Of a stretch of 64,000 nt of DNA, positions 28,837-37,688 are shown piece by piece. The translations under genes and the position numbers were made by a program. The notes under the pieces are model-generated. The model did not search any database. It was given only the letters and a program-made list of their open reading frames with translations, and was not told the origin of the DNA. The stretch is from the IMG/VR virus record IMGVR_UViG_3300009509_000706, positions 3,466 through 67,465 of that record. One strand, written 5' to 3'. Numbering within the stretch: the stretch's first letter is position 1; every line of letters begins with the position of its first letter. The DNA comes from a virus.

Positions 28837-29724
28837 ATGAGTGATGGAAGTTGGATTGAGCGAATAACCAGGCCAGCCGTTCAGGTCTCAGAGCAAGTTA
28901 ACATTGAGACTAATTTCAAGCTGCCAGCCCTCAAGGCTTTTGTTGGCATCACTATTTCGCTGTTTGCGCTGGGGCTGAGCCTAGTATGGGCCTTGTGGAT
29001 AACGCCGCCAGATATTGCCAAAGATGTTGCTTGGTTCATTTTTCTGTTTGGGACGGCAACTTCTTTTTTCTATGGGACTGTCAAGCGCGGTTTCCTTGAG
29101 CGGGACAAAGTCGTCGCTATTTACGGTTTTATCTCTGGCTCAGCTTTTGCTATCCTGATGTCGTGGATAGGCAGTCTACCAGACAGTTGGTGGGGGATAC
29201 CGCCTATCTGGTTTGAAAATGGATTTCTGACGGCTTTACAATATGTCATTTGCCTGGGCATCTTTGGTGGGGGCCTTTACGGCTTCTATTGGTTTGCCAA
29301 AGAGATCGTAACGCCGTATGAACTTACTGGCCGCGAACGTGTTGCATTTGACATGTGGCTAGAGGAAAGGCGCCGCGCTGAAGTTGCAGTTGTTGACGAC
29401 AAGACATGGTTTATCCAGGCGCGGGTTGCCGATGATAGCAGTAAGCGCAAGCAGGATATTTCTCTACAACTAGAGGTGCATCCCGACAACTTTGCCACGT
29501 GGGCAAAGAACGTCCTGGAAATGAAAAAGCCAGATTTGACCTATGAAAAGTGGGGCGGGCGCGGCAAGCTGTTTAGTCGTCCAGGCTATAAGAAAATGCT
29601 TGATGAGCTTATCAATTGTGGCGTATTAAAAAAAGGCGGTGACGCCATAAATTCAACGCTAGAACTTACTGGGCGAGGGCGTGCTGTCTTATGTTCCTGG
29701 CTTGAAGATTATGAAGATTCTTAG
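28837..29724 (+). CDS. Multi-pass membrane protein with a C-terminal winged-helix-like domain
   Basis: About 4 TM segments, then FSRPGY...LELTGRGRAVL. Confidence 0.65.
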   Translation: MSDGSWIERITRPAVQVSEQVNIETNFKLPALKAFVGITISLFALGLSLVWALWITPPDIAKDVAWFIFLFGTATSFFYGTVKRGFLERDKVVAIYGFISGSAFAILMSWIGSLPDSWWGIPPIWFENGFLTALQYVICLGIFGGGLYGFYWFAKEIVTPYELTGRERVAFDMWLEERRRAEVAVVDDKTWFIQARVADDSSKRKQDISLQLEVHPDNFATWAKNVLEMKKPDLTYEKWGGRGKLFSRPGYKKMLDELINCGVLKKGGDAINSTLELTGRGRAVLCSWLEDYEDS

Positions 29725-29726
29725 CC

Positions 29727-29782
29727 GTATGTATGCAGTATGTATGTATGCGCGGGGCCATGTTTTGCATACTTGCATACGC
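29727..29782. repeat. GTATG/CATAC iterated and inverted repeat
   Basis: GTATGTATGCAGTATGTATGTATGC...GCATACTTGCATACGC. Confidence 0.6.
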
Positions 29783-29931
29783 AAAAACGAGGGGATAGGG
29801 GAGAGGTTGAAAAATGTTTGACCTTAGATGCGTGATGCTCAATTGTATAATGCCGCTAATGGGGGCTATCCTGCTAGTATCAAGCGGCATCGCCTGGTTA
29901 TATTTTTATCTAAAGAGGAACGGAGTATATA

Positions 29932-30183
29932 ATGACAATTGAATTGAACGAAAACACGTTTTATAGCAACGTCAAACTCGATAGGATACCAGAGATTTTG
30001 AGGGTAGCCAAAGAGTTGGATCACGAGGTTACGTTCGTCTATCCGGCGACCTTCACTTTTGGAGATCAGGTACACGAAAACCCACGTTGTGTAGCAGTTT
30101 ACCACACGAGGGGCAACCGCCGCAAGTTTGCAGAGGCGCTAATGCCTGCCGACATCTTGGCGACGATGCAAAGGGTAATGTAA
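29932..30183 (+). CDS. Hypothetical protein
   Basis: GGAG RBS. Confidence 0.55.
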   Translation: MTIELNENTFYSNVKLDRIPEILRVAKELDHEVTFVYPATFTFGDQVHENPRCVAVYHTRGNRRKFAEALMPADILATMQRVM

Positions 30184-30184
30184 C

Positions 30185-30421
30185 GTGGGCCTGGACGTAT
30201 ACTATCCTGCCGACATTCGCAATGCTCTAATGGCCGCCGAGCAATCGGCCAGCGCAGCCTTTGATGCAATCGGGGGAAAAGATGATCCATTCGCTAACGG
30301 GTATACGGCGGGTTATCGGGCAGCATTGGTCACGGTTGCCCTGGCCTTTGGGCTTCTCCCGGAAAAAATCCAGACGGGAGACGGACTTGGGCTACTTATA
30401 CAACAACTTCTTACAGGCTAG
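30185..30421 (+). CDS. Hypothetical protein
   Basis: Coupled ORF ending just before the terminator. Confidence 0.6.
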   Translation: MGLDVYYPADIRNALMAAEQSASAAFDAIGGKDDPFANGYTAGYRAALVTVALAFGLLPEKIQTGDGLGLLIQQLLTG

Positions 30422-30427
30422 ATTCAC

Positions 30428-30465
30428 ACAAAAAGCCCCCTAGTTGCGAGGGGGGCTTTTTGTTT
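30428..30465 (+). terminator. Intrinsic (likely bidirectional) terminator
   Basis: AAAAAGCCCCCT...GGGGGCTTTTT. Confidence 0.8.
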
Positions 30466-30581
30466 CTCTGTGCGCGAAAATACCAAAGTCTACATTTTTC
30501 AAATTAGCATTAACAAGTTAGAAATTAGTTAGAATTGTAGCGAATGTGGCAAAATTACACGGTAAACCTATTTACAAACGC

Positions 30582-30610
30582 TTGACAAATTGTGCCAGTT
30601 GTGCTATAAT
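30582..30610 (+). promoter_or_regulatory. Consensus sigma70 promoter
   Basis: TTGACA-17-TATAAT with TG. Confidence 0.85.
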
Positions 30611-30754
30611 TTAGCTAGAAACACAGAGAGAGACAAAGGCACATGAACAACAGAATAACCCGATAAACGAACTAACGGGGGGCGGACAGGAGTGCGGTAA
30701 ATGCTCAAAGTAAAGTGGGTTTTCATAGATGATTTTGGCTAAAAGGAGAAAAGT

Positions 30755-30997
30755 ATGAGTGAATTAGTATCAATCAACGAGGCTCTGGCGGCTATTGCCG
30801 CCGAGCAACCTCAAAAAATCCCTGGCCGTACAACTCTCAACTTGGCTTTGAATAGGGGCCAAATCGCAGGGGCGGAAAAAAACGAATGGGGGCGTTGGGT
30901 CATGCCTATGCCCGCACTGTTAGAATGGAATGCGGCCCGCAAAGGTCATGGCGGGCGACCATGTAAAAGGCAAAAGGAAAGCGAGATGACAAAATGA
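30755..30997 (+). CDS. Excisionase/MerR-like HTH DNA-binding protein
   Basis: GQIAGAEKNEWGRWVMP...GGRP pattern; AAGGAG RBS. Confidence 0.6.
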   Translation: MSELVSINEALAAIAAEQPQKIPGRTTLNLALNRGQIAGAEKNEWGRWVMPMPALLEWNAARKGHGGRPCKRQKESEMTK

Positions 30998-31272
30998 AAT
31001 TCAAGGTGGATTATCAGCGCATGGGTATGCAATCAAGAAGCAGTAATACCAAATGGTATACCGCCAAAGTTGGTGAACTGATAACGATTGTCGTTTATAG
31101 CGTTGGCTCATATTGGGCCTATGACATTCACTTTCATGGCGGGAAAAATTGTAGCCAACTTGTTGGCAAGCTATTTGGCACGCGCGATCTTGCGCAAGAA
31201 GGGGCTATTGACTTTGCCAAAGGTCTTTTGGCTAAGGCACAAGAGGAACTGGAAAGCGAGGTGGAAGAATGA
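30994..31272 (+). CDS. Hypothetical protein
   Basis: ATGA-coupled. Confidence 0.55.
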   Translation: MKFKVDYQRMGMQSRSSNTKWYTAKVGELITIVVYSVGSYWAYDIHFHGGKNCSQLVGKLFGTRDLAQEGAIDFAKGLLAKAQEELESEVEE

Positions 31273-31475
31273 AAGTCTATCATTTTAAACTGACAATTGA
31301 GGCAACATTTACAGCAGTAGAGACCGCATATATTGACGATACGTTGCAACCGTTGGCAGTAGAGCGCCGCCACATTGATAGAATGGGAGTTGTCGAATAC
31401 CTGTCTATGCAAGAAGATGGCGGCGCAGAATTTGAGACGCACTTGCAGCTTGTAGAAGTAAGCGAGGAGGAATAA
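31269..31475 (+). CDS. Hypothetical protein
   Basis: GAGGTG RBS, coupled. Confidence 0.55.
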   Translation: MKVYHFKLTIEATFTAVETAYIDDTLQPLAVERRHIDRMGVVEYLSMQEDGGAEFETHLQLVEVSEEE

Positions 31476-31477
31476 TA

Positions 31478-31819
31478 ATGAGAAAAACCTTAGCCCCAAC
31501 TGCTGAACTAGCAACGCCACGGGTTCGCAAATTCATTGAATCAAAATTGCTTCCAAGGCTATTTGGTGAGTCAGCCGTAATCACAGATTTTTACCTATGT
31601 GAGCCAGCTACAAATCTGGTATCGAGCCGCGAGGAAACATGGATTGAGGCAAACTGGGGCCTAGAAATTGAAGCTGAGAGGTTTTGTGTTATGGATTTTG
31701 ATGAGGTGAGAGAATCATCTACGACAGTAGGCATTGGCGATGCTTCAGTTTGCGGTACACCAAATCCGTTCAAGATCGCAGTATCATTGTGGCTATACGC
31801 CAAAGTGATGCGAGAATAA
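31478..31819 (+). CDS. Hypothetical protein
   Basis: GAGGAGG RBS; last gene of the rightward block. Confidence 0.6.
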   Translation: MRKTLAPTAELATPRVRKFIESKLLPRLFGESAVITDFYLCEPATNLVSSREETWIEANWGLEIEAERFCVMDFDEVRESSTTVGIGDASVCGTPNPFKIAVSLWLYAKVMRE

Positions 31820-31822
31820 AAG

Positions 31823-31866
31823 GCAAAAAAGAAGCCGAGGGCTAATCCCCTCGGCTTCTTTTTGCG
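31823..31866. terminator. Bidirectional terminator at convergent operons
   Basis: AAAAAAGAAGCCGAGGG...CCCTCGGCTTCTTTTT. Confidence 0.85.
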
Positions 31867-31910
31867 TTCCATTTTGATTGGTTTAATTGTTGCTATAACA
31901 CATGAATCAT

Positions 31911-31991
31911 AAAATAGAAGCCCCCGGCGTAGGTGTCGGGGGGCTTCTTTGGCGCTCCATTGCGCCATGCGCCAGTGCTGACTGTGCACTG
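31911..31991 (-). ncRNA. Candidate sRNA-3 (three hairpins, one with an AAUGGA loop)
   Basis: Minus-strand promoter TTGACA-17-TACAAT at 32026-31998; two short hairpins, then a terminator at 31916-31948. Confidence 0.55.
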
Positions 31992-32022
31992 CCTGCCATT
32001 GTATCATGGCCGTGGCATAGTG

Positions 32023-32220
32023 TCAAGACGTTGTGATGTGGATTTCGGCATCGCTGCCGAAACTTGCACTGACTGTGGCCGCAAGGCCACTAGCCAAAAT
32101 GGCTTGATACCAAAATTCTGGATAGCCATCACAAGCAGCTTTGACTTTATCACAATTACTATCCCACTCTGCCCTTGTCTTACTTCCACGCATCAACTCA
32201 ACAACTTCTTGCTCTGTCAT
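32023..32220 (-). CDS. Hypothetical protein
   Basis: GAAAGGA RBS. Confidence 0.6.
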   Translation of the reverse strand: MTEQEVVELMRGSKTRAEWDSNCDKVKAACDGYPEFWYQAILASGLAATVSASFGSDAEIHITTS

Positions 32221-32260
32221 TGCTCATATCCTTTCTATACTATGGTATATCCCGAATAAA

Positions 32261-33178
32261 TTATGCCTCGGCGGCCAATTGTTCCGCCTGTTCGACCTCA
32301 GCTTCTGCCCTGTTGGCATATCCCTCAAGGTCAGCGATAACATCCGCCAGATTCGCATCGTTGATTTCGAGATAGCCCATCTTGCCAGCAGCGCCTAACA
32401 TGTGAAAGAAATCTGGCGATCCGTTTGCGGTCTGATAATACGGCTCTTTCTCTGATAGTTGTGTTGCAGCAGAAGTCCAGCCGCCGCCCTTGACAGGCGG
32501 ACGCTTGCCAGTCGGCCCGTCTTGTTTCCAGCCCGTTGTGGCATGTTGTGCGGGCGCCGGCGCTTTTCTGGCAGGGTGGGCAGGCGCGTCTTTGCGGGGC
32601 ATAGGCTCGCGCTGTTCCGGCTCTGACATGGCAGGCCCAGATAATACTGCCCCCTCAATAATCTCGCCATCGGCGTCTACTTCTACGCCAAGCTCTTCTG
32701 GCGTATAGACTGGCCCGCCGAAGATGTCTGGGCAATACCATTTTGCCCCGTTGCTCAAGGCGCGAGCAAGATACATATTTGCTGGATGTTTTTTCCAATT
32801 ATCCTTACCGAGCAATCCAGCGCGGGCAGCATCCTCTTTGTCGAACTTTGAGATACCCAAACTCTGGCTATTCTCGAAAAACTCGATTTCGCAACTATCG
32901 TTACTATGACTCTTGATTCTATAGTCATACTTCCCACTGCGTTTGATAGCAGCGCCCATGAGAATGGCAGACAATGTGACCCGACCATTGACGATATAAA
33001 TATTCGTCATAGATGCAATTGGGCCAAAGCCCAATTCACGCCCAGCTAAAACTTTTGTAACCGCCTGGGCTGCTTGTCGGCTATCCTGGAAAAATCCAGA
33101 CTGCGCCAATACCTCACCGAGCCGGATTGTTTCTGCCAGGCTCATATCTTGCTGAAATGGAATGATTGCCTTGCTCAT
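32261..33178 (-). CDS. RecT/Red-beta-like single-strand annealing protein
   Basis: GRELGFGPIASMTNIYIVNGR and WKKHPANM..ARA...CPD. Confidence 0.8.
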   Translation of the reverse strand: MSKAIIPFQQDMSLAETIRLGEVLAQSGFFQDSRQAAQAVTKVLAGRELGFGPIASMTNIYIVNGRVTLSAILMGAAIKRSGKYDYRIKSHSNDSCEIEFFENSQSLGISKFDKEDAARAGLLGKDNWKKHPANMYLARALSNGAKWYCPDIFGGPVYTPEELGVEVDADGEIIEGAVLSGPAMSEPEQREPMPRKDAPAHPARKAPAPAQHATTGWKQDGPTGKRPPVKGGGWTSAATQLSEKEPYYQTANGSPDFFHMLGAAGKMGYLEINDANLADVIADLEGYANRAEAEVEQAEQLAAEA

Positions 33179-33218
33179 TATATTTCTCCCTTCATTGTTT
33201 TGTTAAACGCATGTTCAT

Positions 33219-33247
33219 ATTATACATCTATTCCTGCTAGGTGTCAA
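33219..33247 (-). promoter_or_regulatory. Consensus sigma70 promoter
   Basis: TTGACA-17-TATAAT upstream of the RecT-like gene. Confidence 0.8.
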
Positions 33248-33249
33248 GT

Positions 33250-33483
33250 CTATCCTATCACGAGCCAAAAATGGCTGGGAGTAACGCTATTATCCTGCCG
33301 TACTGGTATATTGCCCACGCCTCCCGCGTCATGCCCCCGCGTCAAAATGGCTGCTGGCAACTTATAGTGCTTTGCCATGAATCCTGGCAGTGCCTCTTTC
33401 ACGGCGGCCTCTAGAGACATATCTTTTGGCTTCCAGTACAATTCTCCCTTAGTTCCCGCTTTCACGCTTCTCTCACCCTCCAC
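33250..33483 (-). CDS. Hypothetical protein
   Basis: ORF in the leftward block. Confidence 0.5.
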   Translation of the reverse strand: MEGERSVKAGTKGELYWKPKDMSLEAAVKEALPGFMAKHYKLPAAILTRGHDAGGVGNIPVRQDNSVTPSHFWLVIG

Positions 33484-33538
33484 TTTCTCTCACCATTCTC
33501 GCCTATTTGCTCCACAAGCCCCCGCCCTTGTAGCGATT

Positions 33539-33808
33539 TCAACCATCTAACCGTTGTCTTTTGTGACTGGCCGATTTCTGCCACGATTCACCATTCCATT
33601 CGTAGCCCATAGCAGCAAGCCACCAGTACAAATAACCGGCGGCCCACATGCCGATTGTCGTTGGCTTGAGAGTGATTCTTGTACAAATATTGGCCGCAAG
33701 CTCACGGGCCTTGTCCTCTTTACTTCTCTGTTCGTCATTATTCATTATTTTATCATTGAGGCTCATTCGTCTTGCCTCTTTGCACAAGTAAGTATACAGT
33801 CTGAACAA
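33539..33808 (-). CDS. Hypothetical protein
   Basis: ORF in the leftward block; start uncertain. Confidence 0.45.
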   Translation of the reverse strand: MFRLYTYLCKEARRMSLNDKIMNNDEQRSKEDKARELAANICTRITLKPTTIGMWAAGYLYWWLAAMGYEWNGESWQKSASHKRQRLDG

Positions 33809-33927
33809 ATAAGCATTCTTTTTGCTTGCTCTAGTGTATAGTGCTTTAGATTATCCCAATCTGCTTCTCGCCACATTTGCTTCCCGCATTTTTCACAATA
33901 GAATAAAATCATTGCTTTCTATCCTTT

Positions 33928-34188
33928 CTAATTTGCTACACAAATAGCACTCGCAAGACTATCGCCGAGATGCTTCCAAAGTTTTGATAATTCTACCCAT
34001 GAGCCAGGCTCTAATTCTGCGAGGGCATGTAATAGCTCGGCATATTCACATTCGCGTCTAGTAACTGGCCCAGGGGAGCTTATATCGTTTATAGCTTTTA
34101 GTACTGAATTATAGAAATCTCGTTTGCCTGATGTTTTGCTACGAGCCTCATAGACTCCTTGTATCAAGGCAACTGTATCAACTCTCAT
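33928..34188 (-). CDS. Hypothetical protein
   Basis: GAGG RBS before ATG 34188. Confidence 0.5.
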   Translation of the reverse strand: MRVDTVALIQGVYEARSKTSGKRDFYNSVLKAINDISSPGPVTRRECEYAELLHALAELEPGSWVELSKLWKHLGDSLASAICVAN

Positions 34189-34462
34189 CGTTTTTTTCCT
34201 CTCTATTTGCCGGCATGGGTAACTCTGGCGTCCACCAGGTATACCCATCGCAGATATGATATGCCCCACCAGGGCCTTGAAAAAATCCAGGGCCAAATTG
34301 GCCTTGCAGAACGCTATAATAACCACTTGTCCAGTAGCCATGTTTCGGTACGAGCCAATGGACGTATTGCCGAGACTCTGGCAACCATTCTCTATCTTTC
34401 TTTACAGCCTCTCTTTGTTCTGGCATAACATCATTTGGCCTAATGTCATTGACCCCCAACAT
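34178..34462 (-). CDS. Hypothetical protein (WLP...W..LP phage motif)
   Basis: Coupled ORF. Confidence 0.5.
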   Translation of the reverse strand: MLGVNDIRPNDVMPEQREAVKKDREWLPESRQYVHWLVPKHGYWTSGYYSVLQGQFGPGFFQGPGGAYHICDGYTWWTPELPMPANREEKNDES

Positions 34463-34694
34463 TTAGCTTCCCCCCTCGCATTCTAACACAGAGACATTTG
34501 AAATTTGAAAAGAATCGAGACAACCCAGTGTGAATTGATTGTTCATTGATTCTTCTCCCACAATATGGGCAGAACCTTACAGACTCATAATCTTGACACC
34601 AGCACTCTGTGGGAGGTTTATCTGTACCTGGATAATTGGTCTTTATTTTCCATTTTATGATAAAAGCGGACTTACATTTCCTACACTTTTCCAT
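34446..34694 (-). CDS. Zn-finger protein
   Basis: CRKC...FCPYCGRRI. Confidence 0.55.
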   Translation of the reverse strand: MEKCRKCKSAFIIKWKIKTNYPGTDKPPTECWCQDYESVRFCPYCGRRINEQSIHTGLSRFFSNFKCLCVRMRGGKLNVGGQ

Positions 34695-34696
34695 TT

Positions 34697-35863
34697 TTAC
34701 TCCTGATTCGTTTTTGTTTTGTAGTCAAAAATCCTCAAAGCCTCATATCGCACTTGTTCCCCCAAACCGCGTTGTAAAGCCAGTGTCCACTCCAAGTCCT
34801 CTTGTGCTCTGCTCACCGCAGATGGAGCAGGAATAGCCAAAGGCATGTTTTGATAACGCTGCTGCAATCTCATATAGGCCGCCGAGCGTTCGGCCAGTCG
34901 CTTGACCAAGTCTCCGTTCGCTAAAAACTGTGCATTGATCGGAGTAGCACTAAATGTAGGTAATCCGTCAGACAACCCAGACATCGTTATTTCTGCCGGC
35001 ACAAATCCCATATCCGCAAGGTCAAAACGACCGGTGGGGATTGCACAAGCATAGAAAAATTGCTCCTTGTCCCAGGGCCGATGTGGTGCATCGGCGACTG
35101 CTATATAATAACCAATTGCTTCTAAATCCACAAGAAATGGAAGCCCCACATTGGCCAAGGGAAAAGCAAGAACAGGTTTTACATCCATACATGCGAGGGA
35201 AAGAATTGCTCCTGCCAAGATCGAATCTTCTGCCCCATTAGCAGTGAGATTTATAAAATCTGGGGCAGGAGACATTTCCAAAAAGGATGCCAATACATCA
35301 ACTGGAATGAGAACTGATGATCGCAACATATCTGCCACGCGATCTCTCCCCCATCTGTGGACCATCCCTGACCATTTTGTTTTCAAAAGCATCGTTGGCA
35401 TATTTGACGACGAAAAGTCTGGCTCCTCCGAGAACTGGAGAAATCCTGGTTTGTCCCACAGGCCAACTTGCACCACAGAAATGTTGTCCAGGCCATGCAT
35501 CATTGCATAACGACTAATGGCTTGTGCATTCCTTTCAGTTGGCTCAACCACAACAAGCCGACCTGTTTGACCAATGATAGCTCGCATCATGAGAGGCTGA
35601 GAAATCCCGGCTTCAATATAGAGGTCATGACATCCAACCTGGATTGCTATATCACCCTCTTTCAAAAACTGGAAAGGCTGCAAAGCACCGTAAAGATGAG
35701 AACACGCATCATAAGGCGGCAAAGCAGCATAAATATGAGACCCTACATCATATTGATGCTGAAGCAACTCAATTTTCGCTGCTCCAGAAAGTGGCCCTGC
35801 CGCAGCTATATGAGCACTATAATATGCCCGTTGAGCAACAGTCTGTGGCTGAAAAAATCTCAT
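34697..35863 (-). CDS. FkbM-family methyltransferase
   Basis: GDIAIQVGC, GRLVVVEP, VGLWDKPG, DFINLTANGAE. Confidence 0.75.
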   Translation of the reverse strand: MRFFQPQTVAQRAYYSAHIAAAGPLSGAAKIELLQHQYDVGSHIYAALPPYDACSHLYGALQPFQFLKEGDIAIQVGCHDLYIEAGISQPLMMRAIIGQTGRLVVVEPTERNAQAISRYAMMHGLDNISVVQVGLWDKPGFLQFSEEPDFSSSNMPTMLLKTKWSGMVHRWGRDRVADMLRSSVLIPVDVLASFLEMSPAPDFINLTANGAEDSILAGAILSLACMDVKPVLAFPLANVGLPFLVDLEAIGYYIAVADAPHRPWDKEQFFYACAIPTGRFDLADMGFVPAEITMSGLSDGLPTFSATPINAQFLANGDLVKRLAERSAAYMRLQQRYQNMPLAIPAPSAVSRAQEDLEWTLALQRGLGEQVRYEALRIFDYKTKTNQE

Positions 35864-36283
35864 TTACCCTCCCGCATGCTTTACACCCATGTTATAGACA
35901 ATCCTTGCAATATTGACCGCTCCATTACCATTAACAGCCCGATGTCCAGCATAGGCCATGAAAGCTCGCCGATATTTGTCTCTTATCATTTCCAACAATG
36001 CCGTCCTAACACTTGACGATTCAGGCGTTGCAACCATTACCATATCTTTTGATTCAAGGAAAGATGCCACACTTTCGTGAAATGGAGTAAGAGGCAGGAC
36101 AATTTGACAAAGCCCCATACAACACGCCTCAAACATCGTCATTCCACCAGCCGTGATGGCTATGTTGCTTGCCATCATCAATTGCCCCATTTGACTTGGC
36201 CCTATATCCCTATGGACACAGATATTATGTGGAGAGCAGGACCAATCTTCTTGACCAGTATACTCCGCCCCTCGCCGCCGCAA
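35864..36283 (-). pseudogene. C-terminal fragment of a PseG/SpsG-like GT-B protein
   Basis: MGQLMMASNIAITAGGMTMFEACCMGL...VNGNGAVNIA; N-terminal domain absent. Confidence 0.65.
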
Positions 36284-36366
36284 ATTGGGCAGTGACCGCC
36301 AACTAGATTCTCACTGCCATAGGTTGCCCATCCGCAATCGGTACAGACATAGCGCGTTTTAGCCAT
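36202..36366 (-). CDS. Small Zn-ribbon protein (54 aa, not in the ORF track)
   Basis: MAKTRYVCTDCG...GHCPICGG; GGAG RBS. Confidence 0.55.
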   Translation of the reverse strand: MAKTRYVCTDCGWATYGSENLVGGHCPICGGEGRSILVKKIGPALHIISVSIGI

Positions 36367-36649
36367 TATCATCATTCTCCACTTGATAGGATTTCCAGAC
36401 TCCCAAAAGCGGATCGCAACATGATACCATTTTGAAGCCCAATAATTCTTTTAATTTTCTAGCGGTCTCATGTGGCGGATAGTTTTGTTCTCTAATATAT
36501 CCGAGGGAGAATCCCCCAGTAGGCAACTCAAAAACGGCTGCTGGCCTAAGCAGTTCATACTTATATAATTCTTGTGCTTCCTCTATTGTTCTCTTAGGAA
36601 AACAAAGCCATTTCACAATATCATGTTCGCTTTCAAATTGTAATTGCAT
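36359..36649 (-). CDS. Hypothetical protein
   Basis: AAAGGGA RBS before ATG 36649. Confidence 0.55.
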   Translation of the reverse strand: MQLQFESEHDIVKWLCFPKRTIEEAQELYKYELLRPAAVFELPTGGFSLGYIREQNYPPHETARKLKELLGFKMVSCCDPLLGVWKSYQVENDDNG

Positions 36650-36696
36650 TTTGTCCCTTTCATTGCGCAATGAAGCGCCATCTCCCAACTGCGGCC

Positions 36697-37686
36697 TCAT
36701 GCCGTCTGCCAATCGTCAACCTTGCATCTTTGCAATTCAAGCTCGGCTAATTTCAGTGTAGCCATGTCAAAGTGCAAGGCCCAGGTAAATCTTGCCCTAT
36801 CACCACGCTGTTTCAACATCCTGAGTAAAAATAGATTTTCAGTAACGGGAAACTGCCTGCCGTCCTCAAGCTCAATAATAGAGTCTGGCCCTTCCGTCTT
36901 CGACGGTCGCCAAATGCCGAACATTTTATCACTACATTGCTCAAGCGCGGAACTCCATTGTGAATCTGATTCATTTGGTATCTTTTCTTTATAATCATCA
37001 ACGCGCCTAGCAGCCTGTACAGCACACACTGCTGGCGCACCTACTCTGAGAGCAAGTTCCTTGATTAAGAATGGAGCATTAGTAACTTGCGTTACCCTGT
37101 CAGTTGCATCCTCTATGGGAATAATCTGTATATAATCGAATAATATCAAGGATGGCTTGACATTATACGTACTTTCCATTGCCTCAATTGCATCAAGTAT
37201 TGTTTCAGGGTACATGCGTGGCATTCTTTGACCGGCCCGTCCTATGCCGTGACCTATAATCCATAATGGAATCCGCGCTCGTTTTACGGCTTGCGATTTT
37301 ATGATACTCATATCAGCGCGGCCCCATGCAATATCTGTAGCCGTTACAGATTGGTCTGCCTGAAACATAGCCTCAAGCACCTCTGCTGGGGATTCGTATG
37401 TCACATAGACAACAACATTGTTTGTAGTCTGTTTCATTAGGCGCTGGCTCTCTATTTTCGCAAAACGCGCCAGCGTTGTTGTTTTTCCATGTCCTGGTCG
37501 TGACAGAATGGAGATTAACTCACCTGGCCTCATTGGAATTACTACCTGGTCTATACTTTTCACCCCCCAAGTAATACCAGGGTATTTTCGTGTATATTCA
37601 GCCCATTGCACATACTCTGTAGCCAGATCGGCCGGGGAATGTATCAATGTTCTTACGTTACCCTGCTTCTGTAGTGCCTTGACCAC
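36697..37686 (-). CDS. DnaB-like replicative helicase (RecA-fold domain only)
   Basis: SRPGHGKT Walker A, LILFDYIQII, IKELA, SSALEQ..D, KQRG. Confidence 0.88.
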   Translation of the reverse strand: MVKALQKQGNVRTLIHSPADLATEYVQWAEYTRKYPGITWGVKSIDQVVIPMRPGELISILSRPGHGKTTTLARFAKIESQRLMKQTTNNVVVYVTYESPAEVLEAMFQADQSVTATDIAWGRADMSIIKSQAVKRARIPLWIIGHGIGRAGQRMPRMYPETILDAIEAMESTYNVKPSLILFDYIQIIPIEDATDRVTQVTNAPFLIKELALRVGAPAVCAVQAARRVDDYKEKIPNESDSQWSSALEQCSDKMFGIWRPSKTEGPDSIIELEDGRQFPVTENLFLLRMLKQRGDRARFTWALHFDMATLKLAELELQRCKVDDWQTA

Positions 37687-37688
37687 TT

